In this document: positions 1-12,375 of the stretch, piece by piece | Position numbering within the stretch: position 1 is the stretch's first letter | Layout: the number at the start of each line of letters is the position of its first letter | Notes under the pieces: model-generated | What the model was told of the DNA's origin: nothing | The model's input: the letters and a program-made list of their open reading frames with translations, nothing else | Databases searched by the model: none | Made by a program: the position numbers and the translations under genes | From: Podarcis erhardii | Lineage: Eukaryota | Length of the DNA stretch: 64,000 bases | Strand: one strand, 5' to 3' | Assembly (NCBI GenBank): GCA_964252035.1 | Contig: OZ176203.1

Positions 1-228
1 ATTGTCCCATGAAAAGACTGAGAGCTGGTGTCTGGCTGTCTGAGAATTGGAAGTTCCATGCACCTAATTCAGTTAGGAAACCTGTTCCTGTATTTTGCAT
101 AAATTATAGTTCCCAAGTGGTTCTCAAAAGCAGCTCCTTGAACAATACATTGAAGTACTTTAAATAAGCTGTCAACAGAGCATGGATAGCTGCATTTTTT
201 CATTGAATATTTTCCATAAAACAGGTTA

Positions 229-716
229 CCGTATTTTTCGTCCCATAGGGCGCACCGGCCCATAGGACGCACCTAGTTTTTTTGGGGGGGAATAAAGGAA
301 ATTCCCCCCCCTTTATTTCCCCCCAAAACCAGGTCGGGGAATCCAAACCAGGTCGGGGAATCCAAACCAGGTCGGGGAACAGTGGGATGGTGGTGCTCCG
401 CCTCCCCGCTGTCCCCCGAGCTTGTGGGGCTGCCCGATATCTGCACGAAGCCTGGGGTGCGCTGTGCAGCGCGCCCCAGGCTTCGGGATGCAGGCTGCTA
501 TCCGCAAGCCTTGGGAGCCTGATGGGAACTCCCGTGGAGCTCCCAAGGCTTGCAGAGAGCTTCCTGAAGCCTGGAGAGCGAGAGGGGTCGGTGCGCACCA
601 ACCCCTCTTGCTCTCCAGGCTTCAGCGAAAGCCTGCATTCGCCCCATAGGACGCACACACATTTCCCCTTCATTTTTGGAGGGGAAAAAGTGCGTCCTAT
701 AGGGCGAAAAATACGG
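229..716. mobile_element. Tc1/mariner-superfamily MITE (CCGTATTTTTCG termini, Tc2/pogo-like)
   Basis: TA|ccgtatttttcgtcccatagg ... cctatagggcgaaaaatacgg|TA; GC-rich interior shared with 26179-26498. Confidence 0.88.
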
Positions 717-746
717 TAATCTACAGTATTGGTATAGAAAGGAATA

Positions 747-948
747 CAGTGGTACCTCGGGTTACAGATGCTTCAGGTTACAGATTCTGCTAACCCAGAA
801 AAAGTACCTCGGGTTAAGAACTTTGCTGGTGACGGCGCGGCAGCAGCGGGAGGCCCCATTAGCTAAAGTGGTACCTCAGGTTAAGAACAGTTTCAGGTTA
901 AGAATGGACCTCCAGAACGAATTAAGTTCTTAACCTGAGGTACCACTA
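747..948. mobile_element. Tigger/pogo-like MITE, family A (CAGTGGTACCTC termini)
   Basis: TA|cagtggtacctcgggtta ... taacctgaggtaccacta|TA; near-identical to 7661-7901 and 48342-48567. Confidence 0.88.
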
Positions 949-1806
949 TAACTGAGATTCATACATGATTACTCTAAAGTAATGTATTGGAACTTGCAAC
1001 ACAATCCACACAGCCTTTTCTGTGGCTACCTTGCCCCTTCTTTGATGGCCTCCTCTTACATTATGTGAATACTTAACTTCTTAGGAAGTTATTTGAACTC
1101 TAGCAGCTTTGATGAACTCTGTTTTTTTCTTATTTGACTCTTCAGAGTGTATTTAGTCTGAGAGTTTTTATTAAAAATGTATCAAATGAGGAAATTGAAT
1201 TACATTCAAAAAATATGTTTGTAGCTGCTAGTTTAGATCTAGATGAGGTCAGTTGCCATTAGAGCTCACTGAAATGGTGAGAAAAGTTAGCTGTGGGCAT
1301 GAATTAAATGACAGTCTGGATTAAACTGTCTGCTTTTAATTGAGATGTGTGTTTGTGTGCAACTTCTTTGACTTGTTTTTGACTGCTTATATCTTTTTAC
1401 TGTTTTTTATTTGGTTTGAACTTTTTGGAAAATGGGATAGAACTTATTTTAACTTACTTACATTTCTATGCATGTTTATTTGAAACTAAGTATTCAGTAA
1501 AGACAAGGATTGTGATCCTAGTCTCTAGGATTTATGTTTAGATTTATAGACTGAATTACTGCTGGAGGTGTCTAAATCTTGTGAGTTTGCATGTATAATG
1601 TATGTGCATAGTAGCATACACTGACATATACGTTACTGAAAGCCTATTTCTCGTCAGTTCCTGAAACTTAAGGAATAATAAATGAGAATGCATGCTTGTT
1701 GTTTCTGTGGTTTATAGCTAAGTATTACTTTTTAAATAAATCCCAACTTCCAGATCTGGTACTACAAAGATGGTGTGATTAAAATACTGGAAGAAACATT
1801 ACAGTA

Positions 1807-2046
1807 CAGTCATACTTCGGGTTGAAGTAGTTTTGGGTTGAGCATTTTCGGGTTGCGCTCCGCGGCGACCCGGAAGTAACGGAACGCATTACTTCCGGGT
1901 TTCACTGCATGCGCAGACGCTCAAAATGACGTCATGTGCATGTGCGGAAGCATCGAATTGCGACCCGCGCAGACACGGGTTGCGTTTGCTTCAGGATGTG
2001 AACTGGGCTCCAGAACGGATCCCGTTTGCATCCAGAGGTACCACTG
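1807..2046. mobile_element. Tigger/pogo-like MITE with non-matching ends
   Basis: TA|cagtcatacttcggg ... gaggtaccactg|TA. Confidence 0.82.
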
Positions 2047-4489
2047 TATCTCAACACTTCTGTGTAACTAAAAGTGGGCCTGTAGTTTTGTCTAGATATA
2101 AGGGAAAGCTGCCAGTGGCATGTGGAGGAAATGCTTATTTCCAGTAAGGCAGGCAAAAAGATGGAAATGGTCTAACTTAAAGGCCTCTTTAATTCAAACC
2201 ATAGAACCATTGGCATTTAGGCTCAAGCAGCTCACAGACCGTTCGAGCTTGTATGATTAGTACTTGTATGCTCTCACTTTGGCAGTTTTACAGCAGTCAT
2301 GTTTTCACACAGATGAGCTGTTTGAGAACAATTTCACCAGTGTATTAAGCCCAGAATCTTTGCTTCAGAGTTAACAGACAAAGTGTTGCTTAAAACTGCA
2401 GTAAAAGGAATTGATTGTTTTAGAGTCTCTCTTTAGTTGTACTCTAGTTGGACATTAGCTTTTTCCAGGTTTACTTGATAAATCTTCAAATGTCTGTTTT
2501 CTGCAAGCTTTTTAAGAAGTAATAATTTACTCAGAGCTATGTTTCATAGGAATCAATAGGGGATACCTGTAAGTAAAGAGATAAAGCTCAGGGTTGGGAT
2601 GCCAGTAAATAGATCTAGAAAACAGCTAATAATTGAGACTGTGGTCCAGGCCAGATGTGATAAAACAAGCTACATCGAGCGAGCCACAAGGTTTGTTGTT
2701 AAGCCAAGGTTTGTTCTTGGTTTTCCAATCATAGCTTGTTTGAACAGAATATACTCTGATCCCTGGTTTTCATATATTGCTAAGCCAGATATATATTGCT
2801 TAGCTAGAAGGGAGTAGGCACAATCTCTGCATTTGTGGTGGACCACTAACTATGGTTTAGCATAATGTATAAACTTTGACATTGTGTTTTAAGTGTTATA
2901 TTTCAATACTTTCTATAACAACATGATCTATAACATAACATCGTAATCTATGACATAATTTTATTGGTATAGTGCACAAAATTCACAACATGATGGTACT
3001 TTAAACCAAATAGTGCTTATATGATGTCCTAAACTCAATATTGGTAGACATGCAACATACCAAACACTTCTAACTTTGCTTATTAGCATTTAGCTACACA
3101 TTTCTGTTTTTCCAGTAAAATTCTCTAAGCATACCTTGATTGTCTGCGTATATCTGAGGCTAATTATGAAATATTTATTAGATGTATATGGCTTCCACTT
3201 CTATATTATAGTACAAATATCTGTCTGACCTTTATCTGAGGATAAGTTCTTAAGACCTTGTTCTTAAGACAGCTTTCTAAAGGTGAATTGTGAGTCTTGA
3301 GATGAATCTGGCAAGGTTCCTAAGACGTCATTAGACTTGTAACTGACCATTCCTATATACAAATTTTATGTCTGCAGCAGCTTCTGGTTAAGAATGTTAA
3401 CCTTTTGCAATGCAACTGAATGGCAAAGGCTAATTATGAAAAGCTTAAAATAACTTAAAGCCTTCATGCTCAATTAGAAGTAGTAGTGACTACTGCTTGA
3501 ATAGTAAAGTACCTTGGTATGCAGCTTCTGATCCTTGTTCTTTCTTTGACTTTGATTTTGATAAAGTGAAAATAAATGAAGATTCCAGCTTCAAAATGGG
3601 AATGACAGCTATTATATTAGACTATCATAATTGCTATTATGCTGTTGATTCGCTCCTGTGAGTGGGAGCATCCCTGAGCATAGCATAACATTTTTTAATT
3701 TCAGATTTCTTTTAGACTTGGGTTGGATTCTAATTTCATTTTCCATGGATGAAAAGATTCCTTCGTCTATGTATGGCTTTTGAATCCAGTGGAGGGATCC
3801 TGCTGATGGAAGTGGAGACTTTTTTTGCTAATCCCTGTTTCCCCTACACAGACCCCCTTCCACATACATCGTGTGGGTCGCCAGAGTATACTGGCTTTCA
3901 GCTCTGCAGTCCGTAAGCAACTTTTACTTATCCTTCTCCACTAAATGCTTCTCTTGACATAAAAGCCAGCATCCTTGCACACCTTTTTGAATGTTTCATT
4001 AATGTAAAAAATACAAAGAGCACATGTAAAATGTTTCAACATAAAAAATTCATAGTGCCCTATAAAGGCATCCATTTTGAGCAGATGCAAGTGTTATGTG
4101 AATATTGTATTTGATCTGGAAAAGACATTGAATGACCATTACGGGTTCCATTCCCGGCCACTACGTCCATCAGCGGAGTGCATATAAGCGTGCCCTGTTC
4201 TGCCCCCATTCCACCCATTTAGTGACATTTTTGGGTTACTTCCAGGTTTGACTGTGAGTCATTCAGACACACATTAATCAGTTGTTGACTATATGGCATA
4301 TGTTGGCAGAAGGAAAAGCCTTGCATTGGGCAGACATAAATAAAAAGAAAATTCTCAAGAAAATTCCACTTACCATTCATCCTATATCTGAGGATAAGTT
4401 CTGCACTTTGGATTAGTGGCTTCCATGTCTAGGAATTGGGTATGAGAGTTGTTCTAGGCAGGATTATGCTCCCTCTGAAAGATCTGGTA

Positions 4490-4985
4490 TTTAGTTTGAG
4501 GGGAGTACTCTTGGATTCCACCTATTTCTGGAAGCACAAGTTTCCAAATCCAGCTGGTTCTCCAACTAAGGCTCTTCCTAGAAGGGGGTAGCTTGGCCAC
4601 TTTGCTTTATGCTATAGTAATTTTCTGTATGGACTACTGCAGTTCATTCTACATGGGGCTGCCCTTGAAGATTGTTCAGAAGCTGCAGCTAGTACAATAT
4701 GCAGCTGTGGAGATCTTATTGGGTCTCTTACCTAGAGACCATATTGCATCAGCCTAGAAGCATTTGCAGTGGCTGCCAATTAGCTGTCAAGTCCAATTCA
4801 AGGTTTTAGTTTTTACATATAGAACCCTATATGGCTTTATCTGAGAGGCTGTCACCCAATATTAACTGACCCAGGACTTGAGATCTGCTCTTTCAGCTTT
4901 GTCAGTAGTGCCATCAGCAAGGGCTCTTAAGGAAGCAAGCCACCTCATCTGTAGCATTCCCCTCAGAAATTTGGCTGGCGCTAAC
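4490..4985 (+). mobile_element. L2 LINE 3' ORF2 remnant
   Basis: Degenerate DYC.SFYMGLPLKIVQKLQLVQYAA ... HLQWLPI..QVQFKVLVFTY, the L2 ORF2 C-terminal motif. Confidence 0.8.
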
Positions 4986-5120
4986 TTACTTGGTTTTAGG
5001 TACTAATTGAAAATGTGTTTTTGTGGGGGTTTTTTTGGTTAGGCTCCTGATGGATAAATACTTGGTCCACAGAATATAGTGACTATATGGTTTTAATGGG
5101 TTTTAAGAGCAGAATTTTTA

Positions 5121-5481
5121 GGGACGCGGGTGGCGCTGTGGGTAAAACCTCAGCGCCTAGGGCTTGCCGATCGCATGGTCGGCGGTTCGAATCCCTGCGG
5201 CGGGGTGAGCTCCTCTTTTTCGGTCCCAGCTCCTGCCCACCTAGCAGTTCGAAAGCACCCCTAAGTGCAAGTAGATAAATAGGTACCGCTTTCTAGCGGG
5301 AAGGTAAACGGCGTTTCCATGTGCGGCACGGGTGCTGGCTCACCAGTGCAGCTTCGTCACATTGGCCACGTGACCCGGAAGTGTCTGCGGACAGCGCTGG
5401 CCCCCGGCCTCTTAAGTGAGATGGGCGCACAACCCTAGAGTCGGACACGACTGGCCCGTACGGGCAGGGGTACCTTTACCT
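5121..5481 (+). mobile_element. Sauria SINE, full length
   Basis: gggacgcgggtggcgctgtgg head with box B ggttcgaatccc, (ACCTTT)n tail, 15-bp TSD TTTTAAGAGCAGAAT at 5101-5115 and 5482-5496. Confidence 0.92.
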
Positions 5482-7199
5482 TTTTAAGAGCAGAATATAA
5501 ATTATAAACATTAAATTTGAAGAGATTGCAAGGAGTATTGCATCTTATTTGAGGCTGAATTGCTGTTGTTTTTTTAAAAATATTTTGTTACTTATGTAAA
5601 GGAGAATGGTAATCATAATGAATATTTAAACTACTGTGATACTGTTGTTTGAAAATCTGTAGCTGTGTAATCAGATTAGTAGCTGTATAATAAATCAAAC
5701 CAATGTAGTGGTAGTGCTGAATATTTAAACTATACATTGTTATACTGGCTAGTTTGTGTTAGCAACCTTGCGTTTAGATTTGTTTTATTTAAAATTGTAC
5801 CCTGCTTTTTAAGGAACTTCCTCCACAGAGCAGTTAGGATCTCATATATATAATTCTGCTTACTCTGACAATAAAACATTCAAAATTCAGTACAATTAAC
5901 CAATATATCAGCAGAAAAATAGAATAGAAAACAATGCAAATAATAAAAAACAGCATTAAGACTAACAAGGATTAAAAACTGTAGACATCAACATATTTTC
6001 TGAGTGTATGGTTCAAGAGCTGAAGGTCATAAAGGAGGAAGAATTCAGCTGTCTGCTTTCTAAATGCTTTTCATATGTGTCAGGCTGAATAGATGCTATG
6101 TAATCTGACTTTCAGCCTAGCATGTCAACAATCTTTAAAATGTAAAGCTTCTTTTAATTGTATTCAGTTTCATGTTCCCTAAAATATAACTTATATGGGC
6201 AAACTAAAGAAATGAATTCTTGATGGTAAATGTTCTGTATTTTGCTGTAGTTAAATAAAAGCACTTCCCAACCCTGCAAATGCATGTAATCTTAGTCGGG
6301 TTGTCTGAAGTTTAAAGGAGATCAGGTGACCATTCCTATACATCTATAACATCTGATATCTCTAATTAAAATATCCACAAAGAGGAGGCAAACAGCTTAT
6401 GTCTCATTTACAAGATAAATCAGTTTAAGAAGGCAAGCATAATAGCTCGGCCAAGTCCATATTGTTGAAAATAGCACAAATAATTGCCTTAAGATAGATA
6501 CTCCTAAGTGTACAGTATGGAAGAATTAGCAAGACACTTGCTCGGAATGAACTACAGTTTAATTGTAGTGTTCAGCTCCCTTTATTTCAGCAGACATGGG
6601 CTTTCTTGGTAGTAAATACCCCATATAGACCATGTAATTAATACCCTATGTAGATAGCTAATGCATTTTTTCACATTTATATTTTAAAAATGCAGTGTCT
6701 GTATACATAGGATATAAAATACATAGTCTATATAGAATATATATTATGAAGAAAGCTGGTAATATAAATTACATTTGAATGATATTTCACAAATTACTAA
6801 AGATCACCACAGAATTTGATTATAAACTGGTTATAAAAGAACTATGTTCTGGCTGCTTTAATCTTTTTGGTGCCTGAATTTATTTCACATGTAAAACATA
6901 GAATTTGGGTTAATAATATTTGAAAGTAAAGTTGTGCTGGAAACCAATTTGGACCAGATGAAGTATATCTCTAGATAATGGTTTTCAGTAATTGAATTAA
7001 AGCTTCATTTATATGGCACTTTTGTGGCTTCTCAAGGTAGAATTAGACCTTATGAATGATGCAAAAACTTTAGCCTTGTTCTACATTTGCTCCTATAGTG
7101 TCTAGCTGTAAAGAGTGATAATGTGTGTGGTTTCCCTGCTCTGTTTTATTGATTGGAAGGATGGGGAATGTTGAAAGATTCAACATAGATAAAAGAAAA

Positions 7200-7503
7200 T
7201 ACTTCTTCATTCAGCATACACTTAACTTCGGAACTTGCTCCCACGTGAGGCCACCAACCTAGATGGCTTTAAAAGTTAAGACAAATTCATGGAGGAGAGG
7301 GCTGTTGCTGGATACTAGCCATGATGGCTATTCTCTGCCTCCACAGTTGGAGTCCATAATGCTTCTGTGTATCAGTTACCAGAAACCACAGGAGGGCAGG
7401 GTGCTCTTGTGCTCGAATCCTGCTTAGTAGTTGGCTACTAAGAGAACAGGATGGTGGACTAGGTAGGCCTTTGACCTGATCCAGTAGGCTGTTCTTATAT
7501 TTT
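7200..7503 (+). mobile_element. CR1-type LINE 3' end
   Basis: ctagatggctttaaaag..gacaaattcatggagg ... ggactag...cctgatccagtaggctgttcttat; shares its tail with 51530-51700. Confidence 0.7.
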
Positions 7504-7660
7504 GCCTTAACCACAATATGTAGCTAATGTTCGCTCCTGGCTCCTTAAAGCTTGGTTCTGTTCTCCATATTCTGAATGTTTAGATTTGATGAGCTTTGCT
7601 TTGCATGCACATGTAGTGTTTCACATCTGGGCAGGAGCTACTTTTGCTGGAAGGCTTGTA

Positions 7661-7901
7661 CAGTGGTACCTCGGGTTACATACGCCTCAGGTTACATACG
7701 CTTCAGGTTACAGACTCCGCTAACCCAGAAATATTACCTCAGGTTAAGAACTTTGCTTCAGGATGAGAACAGAAATTGTGCGCCGGCGGCGCGGCAGCAA
7801 CAGGACGCCCTATTAGCTAAAGTTGTCTTCAGGTTAAGAACAGTTTCAGGTTAAGTACGGACCTTCAGAACGAATTAAGTACTTAACCCGAGGTACCACT
7901 G
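7661..7901. mobile_element. Tigger/pogo-like MITE, family A
   Basis: TA|cagtggtacctcgggtta ... taacccgaggtaccactg|TA. Confidence 0.9.
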
Positions 7902-8663
7902 TACTGTAATGTTTCTTCCAGTATTTTAATCACACCATTTTTGAAGTACCATATCTGGAAGTTGGTACCACTGTACACCTCTCTTCTGGCATGGCCAGGA
8001 GAGAAAGGGTGTATTACTTTTGAGGTGTGTTTGGTTTGAGGTATAAATAAGGGCTCATTTGCATGTTTCATTGTATTGGAGTTTCTGAACCGTCTTCTGA
8101 CCTAGAGATTACCAGAGCATGTACAACAGGAGTTAGGCTGTCCCTGTCTTCCAAATAGGGGCACAGCAATACTTTGTATTGCTTACTGTAGGAATGGCAG
8201 AGCTAGTGCTTTCCCTGCGCTGTTCTGCCATCTGGATCTTGTGTGTCGGTTTATAATTGATCCACAGTTCAGCTGACCCATCGTTTTAAGCTGCTGAAGA
8301 CTCATGCTTAGTTGTTAGAAGCACATGTGATGGCTCTGTGCCTGAAACAGCTTAGAAGCTATTGGTTTGCTGAAGAATTGTGTTTCATTAAGCAGACCTC
8401 CCTTTGGATTTATGCAAGGGTAATTAAACTAATGAACTACTTGATTATGCTGTTAATTTGCAAATCAAGGCTTTGCTTGAAAAATTGCTATAGAATCTAA
8501 AAACAAATTATTGTTCTAAAATTAAACGTTGGTAAATGTTTTATTCTCAAGTTAAATGCAAGAAGTTCACAGTTGCATTCACACACAACTTTCTGAAAAG
8601 TAAACATTTTGGCTTCTTGAATTAGAGTCTTGCCGTACATATGAGACCTGTGCAGTTGTACTG

Positions 8664-9014
8664 TAAAGGTAAAGGGACCCCTGACCGTTAAGTCCAGTCG
8701 GGGGTTGCGGCGCTCATCTTGCTTCACTGGTCAAGGGAGCTGGCGTTTGTCCGCAGACAGCTTCCAGGTCATGTGGCCAGCATGACCAAGCCACTTCTGG
8801 CGAACTAGAGCAGCGCACAGAAACGCCGTTTACCTTCCCGCCACAGTGGAACCTATTTATCTACTTGCACTTTGGCGTGCTTTCAAACTGTTAGGTTGGC
8901 AGGAGCAGGGACTGAGCAACGGGAGCTCACCCCATCGCGGGGATTCAAACCGCCGACCTTCTGATCGGCAAGCCCTAGGCTCTGTGGTTTAGACCACAAC
9001 GCCACCTGTGTCCC
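8664..9014 (-). mobile_element. Sauria SINE
   Basis: Reverse complement closely similar to 23299-23655 (taaaggtaaagggacccctgacc ... gccacctgtgtccc); no TSD seen. Confidence 0.9.
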
Positions 9015-9514
9015 ATTATCAAGTGAACTGACTTCTAATATTCCTAATAAAATGCAGAAAGTTCATCTTCAGCACGAAGATGGTATCTTATGTGGATAAA
9101 AGTATTTATTTAACATTTTATATATTTAAGGTGCTTATATATCACTTAATCATTAACATTTCTAAGCAATGTACATAAAATTATATCCCAATTCCTTACA
9201 AAGAATAAGAACAGGGAAAATTCATCTCAGTCCTGAGCACTTCCTTTAAACATCTAGTGAAATAACAAAGTCTTTGCATGTGCCAGCAGTTCAGCAAAGA
9301 GGATGCCTAGCTAATCTCAGTCTGGTTAGAGTTCCACAATAATGAATGTATATTTTTTTAACTGAATGCATAGATTCTAGTAGTTGCAAGCTGTGCATTT
9401 GAGCCATGGAGGACCACCAACAAAGACTCCCCCAAGAATCATGAACTTGGGCTGGTAACTTTAGGCAACCAGTTCAAGCTTTTAAGCACCAGTGTTACAT
9501 GCTGTCAGTAGCCT

Positions 9515-9570
9515 GTTCCCATGATCCTCAGGGTCCCTTCCAACTCCACAATTTTATGATTCTATGATCA
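9515..9570 (+). mobile_element. CR1 3' tail
   Basis: agggtcccttccaactccacaattttatgattctatgat, the canonical CR1 (ATTCTRTG)n end. Confidence 0.7.
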
Positions 9571-9574
9571 GCAG

Positions 9575-9750
9575 TTTAGCCACAATATTCTGCACTAGCT
9601 GGAACTTCCAGATCAGGCATGCTGGTAGTCCCACATAAAGTGCATTGCAGTAATCAAGCCTTGAGGTTACCAATGTAAGAATTGCTTTGGCCAAAAATGG
9701 TTGGAGCAGCAGCCATACCTACTAAAATGCACTCTTAAACACTGAGGCTG
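9575..9750 (-). mobile_element. L2 LINE fragment
   Basis: Minus strand reads LVTSRLDYCNALYVGLP...FQLVQN. Confidence 0.8.
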
Positions 9751-10489
9751 CTAGTGTTACTTGTCAGCAAATTTAATTTCTATTTACGCCTTGATTCTTG
9801 TACTGTGTCTAATCCAGGAAGTCTGGATTACAGCTAGTTGTGCAGTGAACATGGTATACAATCTTTCATAACTTATTACTCACCCTCCTGCTAATATTTA
9901 CTCATGCCTCAACCTTGAATCATCTGCAGAAGTGAGATAATCTTTTTGGTCCCACAAGTGTGTTCACTATTTAAAAGTGCATTGGTTTTTAAAAATCTCA
10001 GTTTTGACTGTGGTAAAACTGCCATATTTTCTTAATATAGTGTAGCAATTGAGAATTCCTCTTTTATCTGCTGTCGTTACTCAATATGGTGCCAGAGTTA
10101 GGTTTCAGAGTTGCAAAAAAAAAAGTATCACTGATTTTTACACAGCTTGGAATGTCAGTATGGATTTCCTAGGGCTTATTATCTAGGGGGGGAAAGTGCT
10201 GGTACTCACATTAAGAGATGGAAGTGGGGGCACAGGCAAGGGGAGGGGGCAGTGTATGAGGGAGGGACATAGTCTGATTCAAAGTTTGGGCGGTGGAGGC
10301 AAGTTACCTGCTTGATGCTTCCTTGTCCACCCACCTACCAGGGTGCCTGTCACCCAGGTGAAGAGGTCTCCCCCGCAGGGAGCACCATCACCACCATTGC
10401 GTACCTTCTGGCAGCTGCTTTGGTGAGGGACGCGTCTTTCCTGCCAGTGGCTCCTCAGGCCAGCTCCTCCCCTGTTCTGCGCTCTCGCT

Positions 10490-10600
10490 TTCTCTCTCTC
10501 TCTCTTTCCTGCATCTGTCCCCAAGCTGCCATGCAAGGAAAAAGAGGGAGGGCGCAGGATGACCAGCTTTGTCAATGTGGTGTGTGTGTGTGTGTGTGTG
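10490..10600. repeat. (CT)n and (TG)10 microsatellites
   Basis: tctctctctctctc at about 10491-10506 and (tg)10 at 10581-10600. Confidence 0.85.
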
Positions 10601-11159
10601 CATTGCCTCCAGGCTGTGGGGGGAGGAGGACACTTTCCTGAGTCCTTCCTGTGCTTTTCTCTGGGGCGGCGGCAGCGTGGAAGCCTCTGACTTGCCCAGG
10701 CTGCATCTGATCCTTCATTTTATTGTAGCTGCAAGGAGAAGCCCCAAGTTCACTCACTGCCACCACTTTGTGTGGTGCCTGGTAGAGTGAGTCTGATGTA
10801 GCCATCTTGTGTATGAGTCCCATTCTAAGTTGGGAGCTGATCTATTTGGTGGAGCATTGAATTGCCATTGTATAGTTCCTTTTTGGGCTGACCAGAAGAA
10901 GATTCACGAAACGGATTGAAATCCAGGTGTCTCGGAGTTCAGTTGGGATCACACCAGCACAAGTATACACAAAGAGTGTTGCTCTCATGGACTTACTTCA
11001 GAACTGTTTGGACTGTTTGGCTTTGGAATGTCAGTTGTGCATGTTGTTATCTTGGCACTGTATGTATTATTTAAGATTTCATTTAATAGACAGTATGGAA
11101 ATGCTCTACATTATTGTTAACTGTTTTTGTGAACCACATACAGAGTTGTCTAGTTTGTG

Positions 11160-12372
11160 ATTTATGTCTCTGTATTCCTTTTGGTGTGGTATTTATGCAC
11201 AGCTCTCTGTAGTTCCTGTCACAGCATTTTGATTAGGTTGATGTCTGGACTTTGACTGGGCCATTGCAATGCCTTGATTCTCCCCCCACCCCCAGCCATT
11301 CTGTTGTAGATTTGTTGGTGTACTTGGGATTGTTGTCCTGTTGCACAACCCAATTTCAACCAAGCTTCAGCTGTCAGGCAGATGGCCTCACATTTGACCG
11401 TAGTATACTTTGATATACACAAGATTCATGGTCAACTCAATGACTGCAAGGTTCCCAGGTCCTGTGGCTGCAAAACAAGGCCAAATTATCACCCCTCCAC
11501 CACAATGCTTGGTATTTGGTATTTGGTGTTTGTGCTGATATGCTGTTTGGTTTTCTCCAAATGTGCTGCTGTGCATTATGTCCAAACATCTCCACTTTGG
11601 TCTTGTCTGCCCAAAGGACATTGTTCCAGAAGTCTTATGGTTGTTAAGATGCAATTTTGCAAACCTAAACCATGCTGCCATGTTCTTTTTAGAGAGAAGG
11701 AGGTTTGGCAACTCTTTCAAACAACCATACTTGTTCTGTCTTTTTCTAATTTTACTGTCATGAACTTTAACATTTAACATGCCAGCTGAGTTCTGTACAG
11801 CCTGAGATGTAACTCTTGGGCTTTCTGCAATTTCTTTGACCATTGCAGACCATTGCAGAGCTTGACCTTGGGGTGAATTTGCTGGAACGTCCACTCCTGG
11901 GAAGATTGACAACTGTCTTGAATCCTTTTCACTTTTGAATAATCTTTCTCACTCTAAAATGATTGACTTAAAATTGGTGGTGATGGCCTTATAAACCTTC
12001 CCAGTTGTATGGGCAGCAACAGTTGCTTCTCCAAGAGCATTGCTGATGTCTTTCGTCCTTAGTGTTGTGTTAAAACACACCTGAATGCTCCCGACCAGCA
12101 AACTGCTAAAACTTTGGATTTTACAGAGGTGGGCACACTTGCTGATGATCAATTAAGAAAGGGCATTTGATTACCAGTACCAGTCTGCTACTTATCCTCT
12201 TAATTTCTGTGCAAGCAGTAAGGGTATACTTAGTTTTTCACACGTGGCTTCTTCATTTTGGCTTTGTTTTTGTTAAATAAATCATGACTCAGTGTAACAA
12301 GTCATATGTTGCTGTTCATCTGAGGTTGTATTTACCTAAGTTAAAGACTTGCTAAGGAAAAGATGGTTGTTA
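11160..12372 (-). mobile_element. Decayed Tc1-family transposon with frameshifted transposase
   Basis: Minus-strand pieces RTKDISNALGEATVAAHTTGKVYKAI (HTH), TKHCGGGVIIWPCFAATGPGNL (TVKHGGG-type motif) and WPSQSPDINLI (WPSQSPDLNPIE motif) lie in different frames. Confidence 0.88.
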
Positions 12373-12375
12373 TTA

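Noticed and set aside
200-719. Overlapping 145-157 aa ORFs on both strands
   Set aside because: They lie inside a GC-rich TA-flanked MITE; stop-poor by composition, with no protein motif.
3233-4402. 18-bp direct repeat TATCTGAGGATAAGTTCT at 3233 and 4385
   Set aside because: Too long for a DNA-transposon TSD, and no element with defined ends lies between; probably fragments of one old repeat.
10885-10925. Penelope-type hammerhead ribozyme (ctgaccagaagaagattcacgaaacg)
   Set aside because: Lacks the CTGANGA core and a clear stem II.
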